A stretch of DNA of 64,000 nucleotides, from contig CAWDKY010000053.1 in assembly GCA_963802945.1 (NCBI GenBank), forward strand, positions 96,001-160,000, in the 5' to 3' direction. The notes under the pieces were generated by a model. That model saw only the letters and a program-made list of their open reading frames with translations, had not been told where the DNA came from and ran no database searches. Position numbers and translations under genes: made by a program. This DNA comes from an uncultured delta proteobacterium. GTDB taxonomy: Bacteria; Desulfobacterota; RBG-13-43-22. Positions 22,933 through 32,471 of the stretch are shown in pieces (position 1 is the stretch's first letter; the number at the start of each line of letters is the position of its first letter).

Positions 22933-23162
22933 GGATTCCTCCTGAATTGTTGTTGAGTTAGGTTTTGGGCTTCCAATAAGATTAGTTTAGAGAGGCAGTT
23001 TTGTCAAATCACTCAATTATTTGTATTAACCCGCGCACAGTGATGAGATTTATAGCGAGACACATGGTAAAAACTTAAATGTGAAAGTCAGGCTTTGACT
23101 ATACAATCATTGTCAAGTTTGATGGTGACTTCTTCCTTTTAAAGAACATATTTAAGGAAAAA

Positions 23163-24548
23163 TCATCTACAGGCGGATTTTCTCTTTTCTCTTCTAAAAA
23201 ATAAATACACCAGGATACCGGCACCAATGGTGACCAGACCTCAAAGGGAAGTGATTGGCCGGTTCTGTATGGAAAAGTAGGCGATCCACAGGTTGCCGGC
23301 GATGAAAATGATCGGTGTAACCGGATAGCTGAATGTTTTGTAAGGAGACACTAAGGCTTCTTTTTTAAGTCTGAGGGTCACTAAGCCCAAAACAGTCAGC
23401 ATGGCAAAGAGGGCCAGCGTGAACCCGATATAAATAAGGAGCTTTTCAAAAGAGGAGGTTAAGATAAACAGGATAGCAATCGCCGCTTGTAGGAAAATGG
23501 AAAAGGCCGGTGTTTTATATTTCGGATTGATCCGACCGAAAAGTTTGAAAAAGACATTGTCTTTGGACATGGCGTAATAAACCCGTGGCCCGGTCAGAAT
23601 CATGGCGCTAAGGGCCGACAAGATGCCTACGGCAATGGCCCCGCCGAAGTATTTCCCAATATTTTTACCGAAGAGAGAAGAGGCCGATGTTGCTCCGACT
23701 TCCAGGACACCGCTCATCTGGCCGGCCGGGAGGGCATAGATGTAAATTACATTGAGGAGCAGGTATAATATTAAAACCAACAACGTGCCGGTGAACAGGG
23801 CGACGGGAATATTTCTGGACGGATTTTTGATTTCACTGCCGAGATAAGCTGCGGCATTCCAGCCGCTATAAGCAAAAGATACAAAAATAAGGGATACGGC
23901 AAACTTGCCCTGAAACAAAGACGTCAACGAAAAATCAATGGAGAAATGAGATAAGGATCCGGTTCCGAACAGGAAACCGCCAGTAATGAAGAGAACAATG
24001 ATTAATATTTTAAATAAGGTCAATGTGTTTTGAACCCGACTGCCGACCTTGATGCTGTGATAATGAACCAACGAAAGGATAACGATAGCAGCAATCGCTG
24101 TTAGATTGATCGGGGAAACCGTCAATAGGGTAAGGCCGGAAATAGTTAGACTGAATTGGGGATGGGCAGGAAGGGGAAAGATGCTGCCGCTGTAAGTGGC
24201 AAAGGCGATGGCCGATGCGGCAATGGGAGCGGAAAAACCCACCAACAGAGATATCCAGCCAGAAAGGAAGGCCACTAACTTTCCAAAACTTTCCCGCAAA
24301 TAAACATATTCGCCCCCGGCTTCAGGAAAAGCAGCCCCCAATTCCCCATAACAAAGAGCGCCGCAGAGGGCGAAAATACCTCCTATTAGCCAGCAGAGCA
24401 GCAAAATCATCGGATGCCCCAATTCTTGAATGATGAAGCCCGAGGTGGTGAAAATACCCGTCCCTATCATATTGGCTACAACCAGAACTGTGGCCGTGAA
24501 AATACCGATCTCCCTTTTAAGACTTTGGTTATTCATGTAATTTTTCAC
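23163..24548 (-). CDS. APC-family amino acid permease with an in-frame TGA at 23241 before the last TM helix
   Basis: MIGTGIF, YGELG..FPEAGGEY, FAYSGWN, EIKNP, GPRVYYAM. Reading past TGA gives GLVTIGAGILVYLFFRREKRK. Confidence 0.85.
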
Positions 24549-24582
24549 AACGGCTCTCTTCTAAAAAGTGGAGTATAATAGT

Positions 24583-25554
24583 CTAATGTTTTTTAGTGAT
24601 CACGGCATGTGCTATTCGAGCACCAGACACGTCACCGGCAATCGCCCCGCTACTGTCTATGAGATACATCTTTTGCATCTCAAAACCTCCTACGTCCGAA
24701 AGAAGCTCAAGCCTCCTATCTTTTAAAAAGTCTTCTAATTCCCAGGGATTAATGCCATATATATAAGGCTCGCCATGACTTGCAACGACTCTTGCTAAAG
24801 TGTACGCCGATCGCTCAAAAACAATACTATGAAGATAAGATTTAGTGATGTATTCAAAAATTACTGAGCTTTCAGGTGCACTTTGTTCAGCAATAAATTT
24901 AAGTGTCCCGTCTACTGCTTCTTTAGTCAAATACATCGTAACACCTTCCCATATGAAAAGTGTTTTTTTTGTTTTATCATAACCCACCTTCATTAGCGCG
25001 TCTTCCAGGCTTTGCTTCTCAAAGTCAATGGCAATATAGATGACATAGGAGGGTAGCGCCCCGAATATTTTAGCTACGATTTCTTTCTTCCGTCCAATCA
25101 TTGCCGGCATATCCAATTCAAAGAATTTTACATTGGGCATGGTATCATGAAAACGATACGCTCGAGTATCATAACCAGCACCCAAATTAACAACCTGTTT
25201 TATTCCTTTGGCGCCTTCGTCTTTCAAAACAGCATCAATACGTTTAGTTCTCGCTGTCATCCAATAATACCCAGAACCGACGAGAAATTTTAGTTTCGGT
25301 GATCTCTTGCGTATATCTTCTATTGTGACCTTAGATTTATCCCAAAAATCAGGACTGATAAACTTTTCAGCAAGATAGTCGGGATTGCGTATTTTCTCGT
25401 CTTGTTCATAAGCGCCAACTGCGCGTGAGAAAGCAGCCAATTCGGCTGTCCAGGATGGTTTTTCCGGACCAATTGCATAAGAAGGGGCAGGTGCTAAAAA
25501 CAGAAAAATTTGGAATATTGCGGAAAGCATGCTGATTATGAGAAGGTTATACAT
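24583..25554 (-). CDS. SAM-dependent methyltransferase (LCM/O-methyltransferase type) with N-terminal signal-like peptide
   Basis: ARTKRID, QVVNLGAGYDTRAYR, FELD, IDF and FIWEGVTMYL motifs. Hydrophobic N-terminus ending APSYA. Confidence 0.85.
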   Translation of the reverse strand: MYNLLIISMLSAIFQIFLFLAPAPSYAIGPEKPSWTAELAAFSRAVGAYEQDEKIRNPDYLAEKFISPDFWDKSKVTIEDIRKRSPKLKFLVGSGYYWMTARTKRIDAVLKDEGAKGIKQVVNLGAGYDTRAYRFHDTMPNVKFFELDMPAMIGRKKEIVAKIFGALPSYVIYIAIDFEKQSLEDALMKVGYDKTKKTLFIWEGVTMYLTKEAVDGTLKFIAEQSAPESSVIFEYITKSYLHSIVFERSAYTLARVVASHGEPYIYGINPWELEDFLKDRRLELLSDVGGFEMQKMYLIDSSGAIAGDVSGARIAHAVITKKH

Positions 25555-25769
25555 AAACTCTTTCCTCCTTAATAAAGAAGATTAAACCACCAGCTCTGTT
25601 GTGCGAACCTAATGGGCTCTGCCGGTTAAGGGTGATAAAATCTTCGAAGCCTTAGGTCGGCGGGATTCGCTATTGTGGCTGCTATATTAACGTCTCCCGA
25701 GGGCTTCGTCAAAAGAAAATTAAGAGCCCTGATTCCCTTACAATCTATTTAGATACTCTCCGAGCCGCC

Positions 25770-26040
25770 TCATCTTCTGGTGGTGCGGACTGTTAACTTC
25801 TTTCTGTAATCCTCAAAATTCGATTTTGAAAAAACCAGAAGAGTACAAACAATAATCCTCATCATGGTAGGGAAAAATTTAAACCATTGGCAAACCAACC
25901 AGAGCCCCCACTCAAACCTAAACCCTTGAATTTCAGATAGACTACTCGGATTCTCAGCTTCCTTCCCCTTGCTTTCCGACTTGTTTTCACCTTGACTCAA
26001 TCTTTTTCTTGTTTTATACTCTCCCCATTAAAAAGAAAAG
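25770..26040 (+). repeat. Island spacer element (copy D, 3' half)
   Basis: atttaaaccattggcaaaccaaccagagccccca...gaatttcagatagactactcggattctcagcttcc (EFQIDYSDSQLP)...TTGACT-17-TATACT...aaaaagaaaa. Confidence 0.8.
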
Positions 26041-26108
26041 TCGGATCATTTAAAATCTTTCTTCTCCAGGGTAGGATACATTCAAATTTCAGTAAGGAGG
26101 TATTTGGT

Positions 26109-26420
26109 ATGAAAAAAAGTATTGCAATCTGTATATTGATTTTTTTCTTTCTTTTAATTGTCTTTCCAAAACACACCATGGCTGCATCGCCAGGTGGCAT
26201 CATCGGTGGCGAGATTGTAATGGTAATAGGGACGATGCTTTTACTTCTTTTAATGTCGGAAGAAAATCCTTTTCACAAAGATAAAGAGAAGAAGGAAGAA
26301 AAAGTCTCAAAACATTCCGACTGGGAGATCCAACCCTTGACCAATACAACTTCATTCCAATTGGCCAATGAGAGCCAACAAAAGGAAGTGAATATTTTCC
26401 CTTTGACGATACAGTTTTAA
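26109..26420 (+). CDS. Small hypothetical membrane protein
   Basis: AGGAGG RBS, MKKSIAICILIFFFLLIVF signal-like segment and a second hydrophobic helix. Confidence 0.55.
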   Translation: MKKSIAICILIFFFLLIVFPKHTMAASPGGIIGGEIVMVIGTMLLLLLMSEENPFHKDKEKKEEKVSKHSDWEIQPLTNTTSFQLANESQQKEVNIFPLTIQF

Positions 26421-26438
26421 TCTTGGTCTCATTAGGTG

Positions 26439-26585
26439 TTAATGCTGACCAGGAAGCAGGCTATGTTCCTGGGATAGAAAATAGTGAGGTCCACCACCTG
26501 ATTTGTTTTTGATTTTACCCTCGACCAGCAGGGCCACCTCAAACTTCTGTTTGGAGATGTCAATCCCAAGGGTCGATGTGGGCAT
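26439..26585 (-). pseudogene. IS110-family recombinase N-terminal remnant
   Basis: GAGGGA RBS, MPTSTLGIDISKQKFEVALLVEGKIKNKS (GIDxxK, first catalytic Asp of the DEDD domain). Homology is lost after ~29 aa. Confidence 0.8.
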
Positions 26586-26634
26586 GTCAATTCCCTCTTT
26601 CAATCAGAAGAGACGTCTGATGAGTAAAAGCCTT

Positions 26635-26810
26635 ATCCGAATCAACCTTGCAAGTACAAACTCATTCCAATTATGGAAGGTTTCTGATACCGTACGAGTT
26701 GCTGAACAAAGCAAAGGGAAGAGGATCTAATCTACAAGACATGCTCTTAGGCATCAGGTGAAATACAAATTCTCTCTTCCCATATTACCCCAGCATCCCA
26801 GGGTATTTTA
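26635..26810 (-). ncRNA. Putative IS110 (IS621-like) bridge RNA in the element left end
   Basis: On the minus strand: 5' hairpin TACCCTGG/CTGGGGTA; target loop closed by GGGAAGAG/CTCTTCCC containing GT-ATTTCACCT ... TGTAGATT; donor loop ACGGTATC ... TTCCA-taat-TGGAA ... TTGCAAGGTTG. Motif order matches the IS621 bridge RNA as recalled (GTAGATT, ACAGTATC, TTGCAAGGTTG). Confidence 0.75.
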
Positions 26811-26838
26811 TATCACTTGATAATCCATTAGAACACAA

Positions 26839-26950
26839 GGTGTACTCGTTAAATTCTGTACGGTATGACTATTTTTTAGAAAACTTGTTGAGTTCTTCCC
26901 GAAGTCAGCAAGCCTTCGTTTTGGATAGAACAAAAGAGTTCAACAGTAAT
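26839..26950 (+). repeat. Island spacer element (copy E), cut at its GTAGGTG core by the IS110 left end
   Basis: ggtgtactcgttaaattctgtacggt...cttcccgaag...aagagttcaacagtaatc matches 30540-30560, 35521-35580 and 21466-21522. Confidence 0.7.
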
Positions 26951-27134
26951 CAACGAAAAAAATTGATACTTGCGGGACTTAAAAAGGGCAACGGCACGAT
27001 TTACCCATATTGGGTATATTGGCCAGGGGAAGTTAAACGGAAAGGGGGTATTTGTCCGATTTGTGATATTACAGAGTTAGAGATTTAGCCAAGCTGAACC
27101 CGTTTGATAATATTTTTACATCTATTGAGGGTAC

Positions 27135-27845
27135 TCAGGTCTTTTTTGCTACAACATAATAGAGCGCAACCGTCTCCTTGGAGGGCAGGTACCAAGGCCA
27201 GTCTTCCCCCGTTGGCTGCGTGTCCACGAGATCGATCCAACGAAAAGGCTTGATCAACTCGACACGAAAATGCTCCATAGATCTTCTGGCCATCTCTTGA
27301 ATCTCATGGCGTTTGAACACTACCCGCGCTGGTTTTGCACCTGGCTTGTGCTCAATCACGACGTTGCCACGGAATTCGGTCTGGGTCCCTTTGATCTTAT
27401 ATGTACCGCGCGTATGAAGAGAAAAAATTACTTCTTGTTTCGAAACTCGGGCCAGTTCTTTCAGCGCTCTCTCCACATCCCCTAACAGATAAAATAGCGT
27501 TTCCGCACAGAAGACCCGATCCACCGAGTCATCGGGCATCGGCAGGTGGAGTATATCAGCCAGGACAAGGCACACGTTAGGATAGCCGTTTGCCAATTCT
27601 GCGCTTTTAGCAAGCGCAACAGACGAAAAATCAATGCCAATAAACAAACCGCTTGGGCCACATCTCTTCATTAAATCGTGCAGATAAAAAGTATGTCCGC
27701 AGCCCACATCGCAGATTGTTTCTCCCGGCCTGATCTTCTCAATAGCGAGTTGATAAAAATAGCGGCCAGCTGCCTTTCCCTCCTTGGCTTGATCACTGAA
27801 GATCCTATCCCAGGTTACTCGCGCTTTATCTTCTCCTGACGTCAT
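27135..27845 (-). CDS. Class I SAM-dependent methyltransferase
   Basis: ICDVGCG, GIDFS, ADILHLPMPDDSVD, ALKELARV. Confidence 0.85.
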   Translation of the reverse strand: MTSGEDKARVTWDRIFSDQAKEGKAAGRYFYQLAIEKIRPGETICDVGCGHTFYLHDLMKRCGPSGLFIGIDFSSVALAKSAELANGYPNVCLVLADILHLPMPDDSVDRVFCAETLFYLLGDVERALKELARVSKQEVIFSLHTRGTYKIKGTQTEFRGNVVIEHKPGAKPARVVFKRHEIQEMARRSMEHFRVELIKPFRWIDLVDTQPTGEDWPWYLPSKETVALYYVVAKKT

Positions 27846-27992
27846 TTCCTCTTTATAACCTCAGGATGGTTAGCAAGTCTACAACCGACGTAACCGATTT
27901 GAGGTTTACTTCCCGCGTCTTGGCAGGCGAGATATCCAATCAAAAGAATTCTTGCCTTCTGCCTGGCACCGTTATTGCCTTGAATCCGTACG

Positions 27993-28397
27993 TCATTTAT
28001 GATGGCAGGTATTGCACCGTTCAAAGTTTTGCTGATGATGACAAGCAAGAAAGCAAGTATCTACATTGACCTTGGACAAATCGATTTTCCCCTTGGGTGG
28101 AATCGGATGCGTACTGTGACAGTCGGTACAATCCGGCACATTCTCGACCTTCTTTTCGTTATGTGGTATGAACCGGTGTGGGTTGATCATTTCGCCACTG
28201 GATGCCTTAAAGGACGGCTCCTTGGAAGCTAGTTTGTCAAATGATCCCCCGTGGCAGGTCAAGCAGGCTGTTGGTCCTTTTGCCGCTTCGTTGGCAGCAT
28301 CGGCAAACTTTATGGAGTGAGCCAGATATCCACCGCGAATGGAGGCCAAAACAAGAAATGCCCCGCACAGGACCAGTCGTTTAGCTTTTGTTTTCAT
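27993..28397 (-). CDS. Small periplasmic tetraheme cytochrome c
   Basis: Signal peptide; CLTCH, CTDCH, CFLACH (CX3CH), CNTCH; NPH motif. Confidence 0.85.
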   Translation of the reverse strand: MKTKAKRLVLCGAFLVLASIRGGYLAHSIKFADAANEAAKGPTACLTCHGGSFDKLASKEPSFKASSGEMINPHRFIPHNEKKVENVPDCTDCHSTHPIPPKGKIDLSKVNVDTCFLACHHQQNFERCNTCHHK

Positions 28398-28612
28398 GCT
28401 GTTTGTTCAGTCTAATGTTTTCGTCCTCAATTGGAGCAAGTCAATGGTCTAAGGTGAGGGTTGGAATAGGGTGGACCATGGGTTTTCAGGCCCACCCTAT
28501 CTCGATTTATAGCCGGTTATCAGAGGCATCCGAGGTGTTAAAAAACTTACAGTATTCGCTCGCGCCTCATCAGCCGACAAGTTCCAGGGATCGTGTCCCA
28601 AAGAGTGACCAA

Positions 28613-30199
28613 TTACTTCCAGGGTTTTTCAGCCGCTGCATTCCGTCCGGCAATACGACCAAAGGCCAGGCACTCGCCGATATTTCCGCCGCCGTTATAC
28701 AGGAACGAATACATCGACCCCAATTCACCGGCACTGTAAAGTCTTGGGATGGGCTTATCGTCGGGATCGACAATTTGCGCCTTGGCGTTGCGCTTGGGAC
28801 CGCCTTGCGTGTTCAAAATGCCGAGCGAGAGCCTCATAGCATAAAACGGCCCTTGTTTGATCGGCCCCAAGTTAGTCGCGGATCTGCCGAATTCGGCGTC
28901 AACGCCTTTGTTGCAGGCATCGTTCCATTTGTCCACCGTCTTCGTGAGGTTCTTGGGGTTTACATTGATTTTTGCGGCTAGGTCGGCGATGGTATCCGCC
29001 TTTTGGATCCAGCCCTTGGCAACCTCATCACTACAGTCTTTGCTGAACTGCATCTTTTTCACAACAGACGCCCAACCCATCACCCTGGCAAGCCCAAAGG
29101 GTGACCCGGCCTTGTTATCCATGATGAGGTAGGCAGGCACGGGCAGCGGAGTCGGACGCCAGACAGAGTTGAGTTTCATATAGCCGTGGTTAGAGCGGGT
29201 GTCTTCGTCGAAATAACGATTGCCGTCTCCATCCACATAGATATAACCCGCTAAAGGCTTCCCATCCACCTTGGCGGTATTTGGAAAACATAATAACCCA
29301 AAATCGGTATTCGGGACCTTAAAAGCTGGCATCATTCCGGATTGGGCGCTCATGTGCCAGAGATTTGCGCCGACCTTGATGGCCATCTTTACACCGTCGC
29401 CGGTATTGTATGGTGTGCCGAACGGCGCTATTTCCGGGATTGCGTTATAGTCACGAATCATCTGCGGATCGTTCTCATAACCACCGCAGGTCATGACAAC
29501 GGCCCGCTTGGCTTTAATAGCAAATGGCTTGCCGCCACGCTCCGCGATCACGCCTAAGATATCTCTTGTCTTCGGATCCTGGACAAGGTTTTTCGCGGCA
29601 GTGGTAAAAAGAACCTCGATCCCTCTTTTGTTCACCGCAGCCTGAAGAACTTTCCATAGCCGTTCCTGCCCCCACCCTCCTGGGGATGCGAAATAGGTCT
29701 TAGATGAATCAGAGCCCGGAAATTCTGGAAATTCGGGTGAGCAGAATGCGCTCTGCGGATTAGCAAGCGACGGGTTACCTCCAATCCTTTTGACCCAATC
29801 GGCGTTTTTTCCCATCTCATCGGCCCAGACTGTCAGTATGTCATCAGGAATTGGCATTCCATCCGCCATCGCCTTCATGTAGGTAATGGCTTTGCCAGCC
29901 GGTGTAGGGTTAAACCAAAGATTCCCCGCTACGCGGGTGTTGCCGCCCTCTTCACCTTCGGGAGCCTTCTCGATTATAAGAACCTTTGTTCCGGCATCCG
30001 CTGCGGTAATAGCAACGGACGCACCTGCACCTCCGTAACCAATAACGACTACATCGACGGCCTTATCCCACTTTTTGGGAATAGAAACAGCGGCCTCCGT
30101 CGGGGTAGTGCTCAACGCGGTGGTAGCCGCGACAGCCGCACTTGCAATGGCGGCATCCTTGAGGAATTCTCTACGCGTCATCTTGTTCTTTTTTAACAT
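28613..30199 (-). CDS. Tat-exported FAD-dependent oxidoreductase (flavocytochrome c / FAD_binding_2 family)
   Basis: TRREFLK Tat motif, DVVVIGYGGAG, GGNT, NTGDG, TQGGP, IPRLYSAGE. Confidence 0.88.
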   Translation of the reverse strand: MLKKNKMTRREFLKDAAIASAAVAATTALSTTPTEAAVSIPKKWDKAVDVVVIGYGGAGASVAITAADAGTKVLIIEKAPEGEEGGNTRVAGNLWFNPTPAGKAITYMKAMADGMPIPDDILTVWADEMGKNADWVKRIGGNPSLANPQSAFCSPEFPEFPGSDSSKTYFASPGGWGQERLWKVLQAAVNKRGIEVLFTTAAKNLVQDPKTRDILGVIAERGGKPFAIKAKRAVVMTCGGYENDPQMIRDYNAIPEIAPFGTPYNTGDGVKMAIKVGANLWHMSAQSGMMPAFKVPNTDFGLLCFPNTAKVDGKPLAGYIYVDGDGNRYFDEDTRSNHGYMKLNSVWRPTPLPVPAYLIMDNKAGSPFGLARVMGWASVVKKMQFSKDCSDEVAKGWIQKADTIADLAAKINVNPKNLTKTVDKWNDACNKGVDAEFGRSATNLGPIKQGPFYAMRLSLGILNTQGGPKRNAKAQIVDPDDKPIPRLYSAGELGSMYSFLYNGGGNIGECLAFGRIAGRNAAAEKPWK

Positions 30200-30489
30200 T
30201 TGGATTTCTCCTTTCTGCAATTCGTTCATTGATATAAAGACAACATCTTGCCTACAATTTACGTGGCAACAATAGCATCCTTTATCCGTCCACGATCATG
30301 TCAGCTTGGAGAACTTGGAGTGAGTGGAGTGATTTAAAGTAATTGTAAATATAGGTTTCGGCATTGTCAATAAAATAAACAAGGTTGTTTAAGGTGCATA
30401 TTTGAGTAATGTGCCTGCACTTTATTCGGGTTAAAAGATGGACCAGAATCATCCTAACTTGCACACCCCCTAAGCTTAACAATATCGAT

Positions 30490-30790
30490 TAATAATTTCT
30501 ATTTTTCTCATAAACCATAACTTCACGCTTCGTAGATATTCGTTAAATTCGGTACGGTGAGGCCATGTTTGAAAAAATTGAGGATTTCTCCCGTATTCTT
30601 CAAAATTCTCTTTTTGAAAAACCTAAGACTTCAAATAGTAATCCTCATCAAGTCGGCAGGAGATTTAAACCATTGGCCAATCAACCAGAAATCCCCACCC
30701 AAACCTAAAGCCCCCGAACTTCAGATAGACTACTTGGAATCCCAGCTTCCTTTCTATGAGGAAACCCAAGATTAGGATTTCGGAGTTTCC
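30490..30790 (+). repeat. Island spacer element (copy F)
   Basis: ttcgtagatattcgttaaattcggtacggt...taatcctcatcaagtcggcaggagatttaaaccattggccaatcaaccagaaatccccaccc...ELQIDYLESQLP. Confidence 0.75.
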
Positions 30791-31202
30791 TCATATCATT
30801 GAACCCCTCTATCTTGCCTTATGCCCCAATCTTGGCTCATACGCCAAAAGCCGCAAATCCCTCAGATCCAGCGGTTCCATTGAGTGGGTGCTGGAGAGGT
30901 TGTCCATTTAAAGGTAGGTGGAAGCCCTAGAGGATGGATAATGAATTCAGGCTTGGTGACGCCCAAAGTGGAACAGACCAGCCCTTCCAGGGCCTGTAGT
31001 AGCAACCCAAAAAGTAATTTGGCTGGAAAGCTACAGTTTTTTAAACGAAACTAATAATCTCGGATACTCACGGGCCTTTTTTCTAGCCGAGGCCTTGGGC
31101 TGGTTCCGTCACCGGCAACAATAGACCTTGAAAAAAGTAAACAAAAAGTATAACTTTAAAATATGTATTAATATATAATACAGCGTAGTTAGGAGAAATA
31201 CA

Positions 31203-32456
31203 ATGCCGATGACAGTTGCCGAGAAGATACTAGCCAAAACTTCGGGCAGAGAAAGCGTAAGGCCCGGCGAATATGTTACGGCCACTATAGACAAGTTCAT
31301 GTGCCATGAAGCGTTTGCGGCCGTTTACCTGAACCTTATATCGGTCGGAATCACCCAAATACCATATGCCGACAGGGTATTGGTCTTCCTCGACCACTAT
31401 GTACCGGCTCCGACTCAACGTGCCGCGGCAATTCATCAGTTGGTACGGAGCGGTGTCGAGAAATTGGGCATTATACATTATCACGGCGAACGCGTGGGAA
31501 TCGCCCACCAGGCAATGATGGAGCTGGGGCACGTTCATCCCGGTGAACTTATCGTTGGAACTGATTCACATACCTGCACTTATGGAGCTCTAGGCGCTGC
31601 GGCCACAGGTATAGGCATTTCCGAAATGACCTATGCGATCGCGACCGGCGAATTGTGGTTTCGTATTCCCGAGACCATACGGATTGTCCTATCCGGTCAA
31701 ATCCGATTTCCGACCATGTCCAAAGACATCATCTTGGCAATCGCGGGGGACTTTTCGTCTGAAGTTGCGCAGTATAAATCGATTGAATTTGCGGGTCCAG
31801 CTGCTCAGGCCATGAGTATTGACAGCAGGATAACCATGAGTAACATGTCGGTGGAAATCGGCGCCAAGTTCGGGCTTTTCGAGTTCGACGACAAGGCTTC
31901 CTTATATCTCGGACCTGCAAGTGTTGGCCTGTCCGGTGTGTATGCTGACATAGATGCGCAATATGAAAAAGTGTATCAGATAGAAGTAGGGAATGTCGAG
32001 CCACAGGTAGCTTTACCCCACTCTGTTGACCACGTTAAACCGGTGTCTCAAGTTAAAGACGTGCTGATAAATCAGGCGCTATTGGGCTCCTGCACAAATG
32101 GCCGTCTCGAAGACCTCGAGATAGCCGCATCTCTTATTAAGGGGAGGAGAATACATGACCAGGTTCGTATGCTTGTTATTCCTGCTTCCTGGAACATATA
32201 TCAACGCGCCTTGGCAAATGGGACACTCTCGACGCTGGTTGAAGCCGGCGCCTTGGTCTTAAATCCCGGATGTGGCCCTTGTTTTGGATCTTACGGAGGA
32301 CTGCTTGCTCCTGGAGAACGCTGCATCTCTAGCACCAACAGAAATTTCAAAGGACGCATGGGCAGCAGTGAGGCAGAGGTATATTTGGCTTCACCCGCCA
32401 CGGTCGCAGCGTCTGCCCTAACAGGCCAAATAACAGACCCGCGGGAAATTATGTAG
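31203..32456 (+). CDS. 3-isopropylmalate/homoaconitate/dimethylmalate dehydratase family, large subunit
   Basis: DH, GIAHQ, GTDSHTCTYGA, GSCTNGR, CGPCFG, STNRNFKGRMG. Confidence 0.92.
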   Translation: MPMTVAEKILAKTSGRESVRPGEYVTATIDKFMCHEAFAAVYLNLISVGITQIPYADRVLVFLDHYVPAPTQRAAAIHQLVRSGVEKLGIIHYHGERVGIAHQAMMELGHVHPGELIVGTDSHTCTYGALGAAATGIGISEMTYAIATGELWFRIPETIRIVLSGQIRFPTMSKDIILAIAGDFSSEVAQYKSIEFAGPAAQAMSIDSRITMSNMSVEIGAKFGLFEFDDKASLYLGPASVGLSGVYADIDAQYEKVYQIEVGNVEPQVALPHSVDHVKPVSQVKDVLINQALLGSCTNGRLEDLEIAASLIKGRRIHDQVRMLVIPASWNIYQRALANGTLSTLVEAGALVLNPGCGPCFGSYGGLLAPGERCISSTNRNFKGRMGSSEAEVYLASPATVAASALTGQITDPREIM

Positions 32457-32471
32457 GCAAGAGAGAGATCA

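Noticed and set aside
23241-23243. Selenocysteine read-through in the permease
   Set aside because: The position is in a TM helix where Trp (TGG) is plausible, with no redox motif or clear SECIS.
25600-25690. attC-like imperfect palindrome upstream of the methyltransferase
   Set aside because: No intact AAC/GTT core pair.
26403-26445. Possible IS110 right end (ACTGTATC on the minus strand) and a second CAC-CT motif
   Set aside because: Not followed by the T of the CT core, lies within another ORF, and there is no transposase C-terminus. Likely chance.
30800-31000. Possible additional transposase fragment
   Set aside because: Only vague similarity, multiple stops and no diagnostic motif.
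19378-31070. Shared TAATAATCT(C)GGATACTC at ~19380 and ~31052
   Set aside because: Only ~17 bp in AT-rich DNA with no extension; may be chance.
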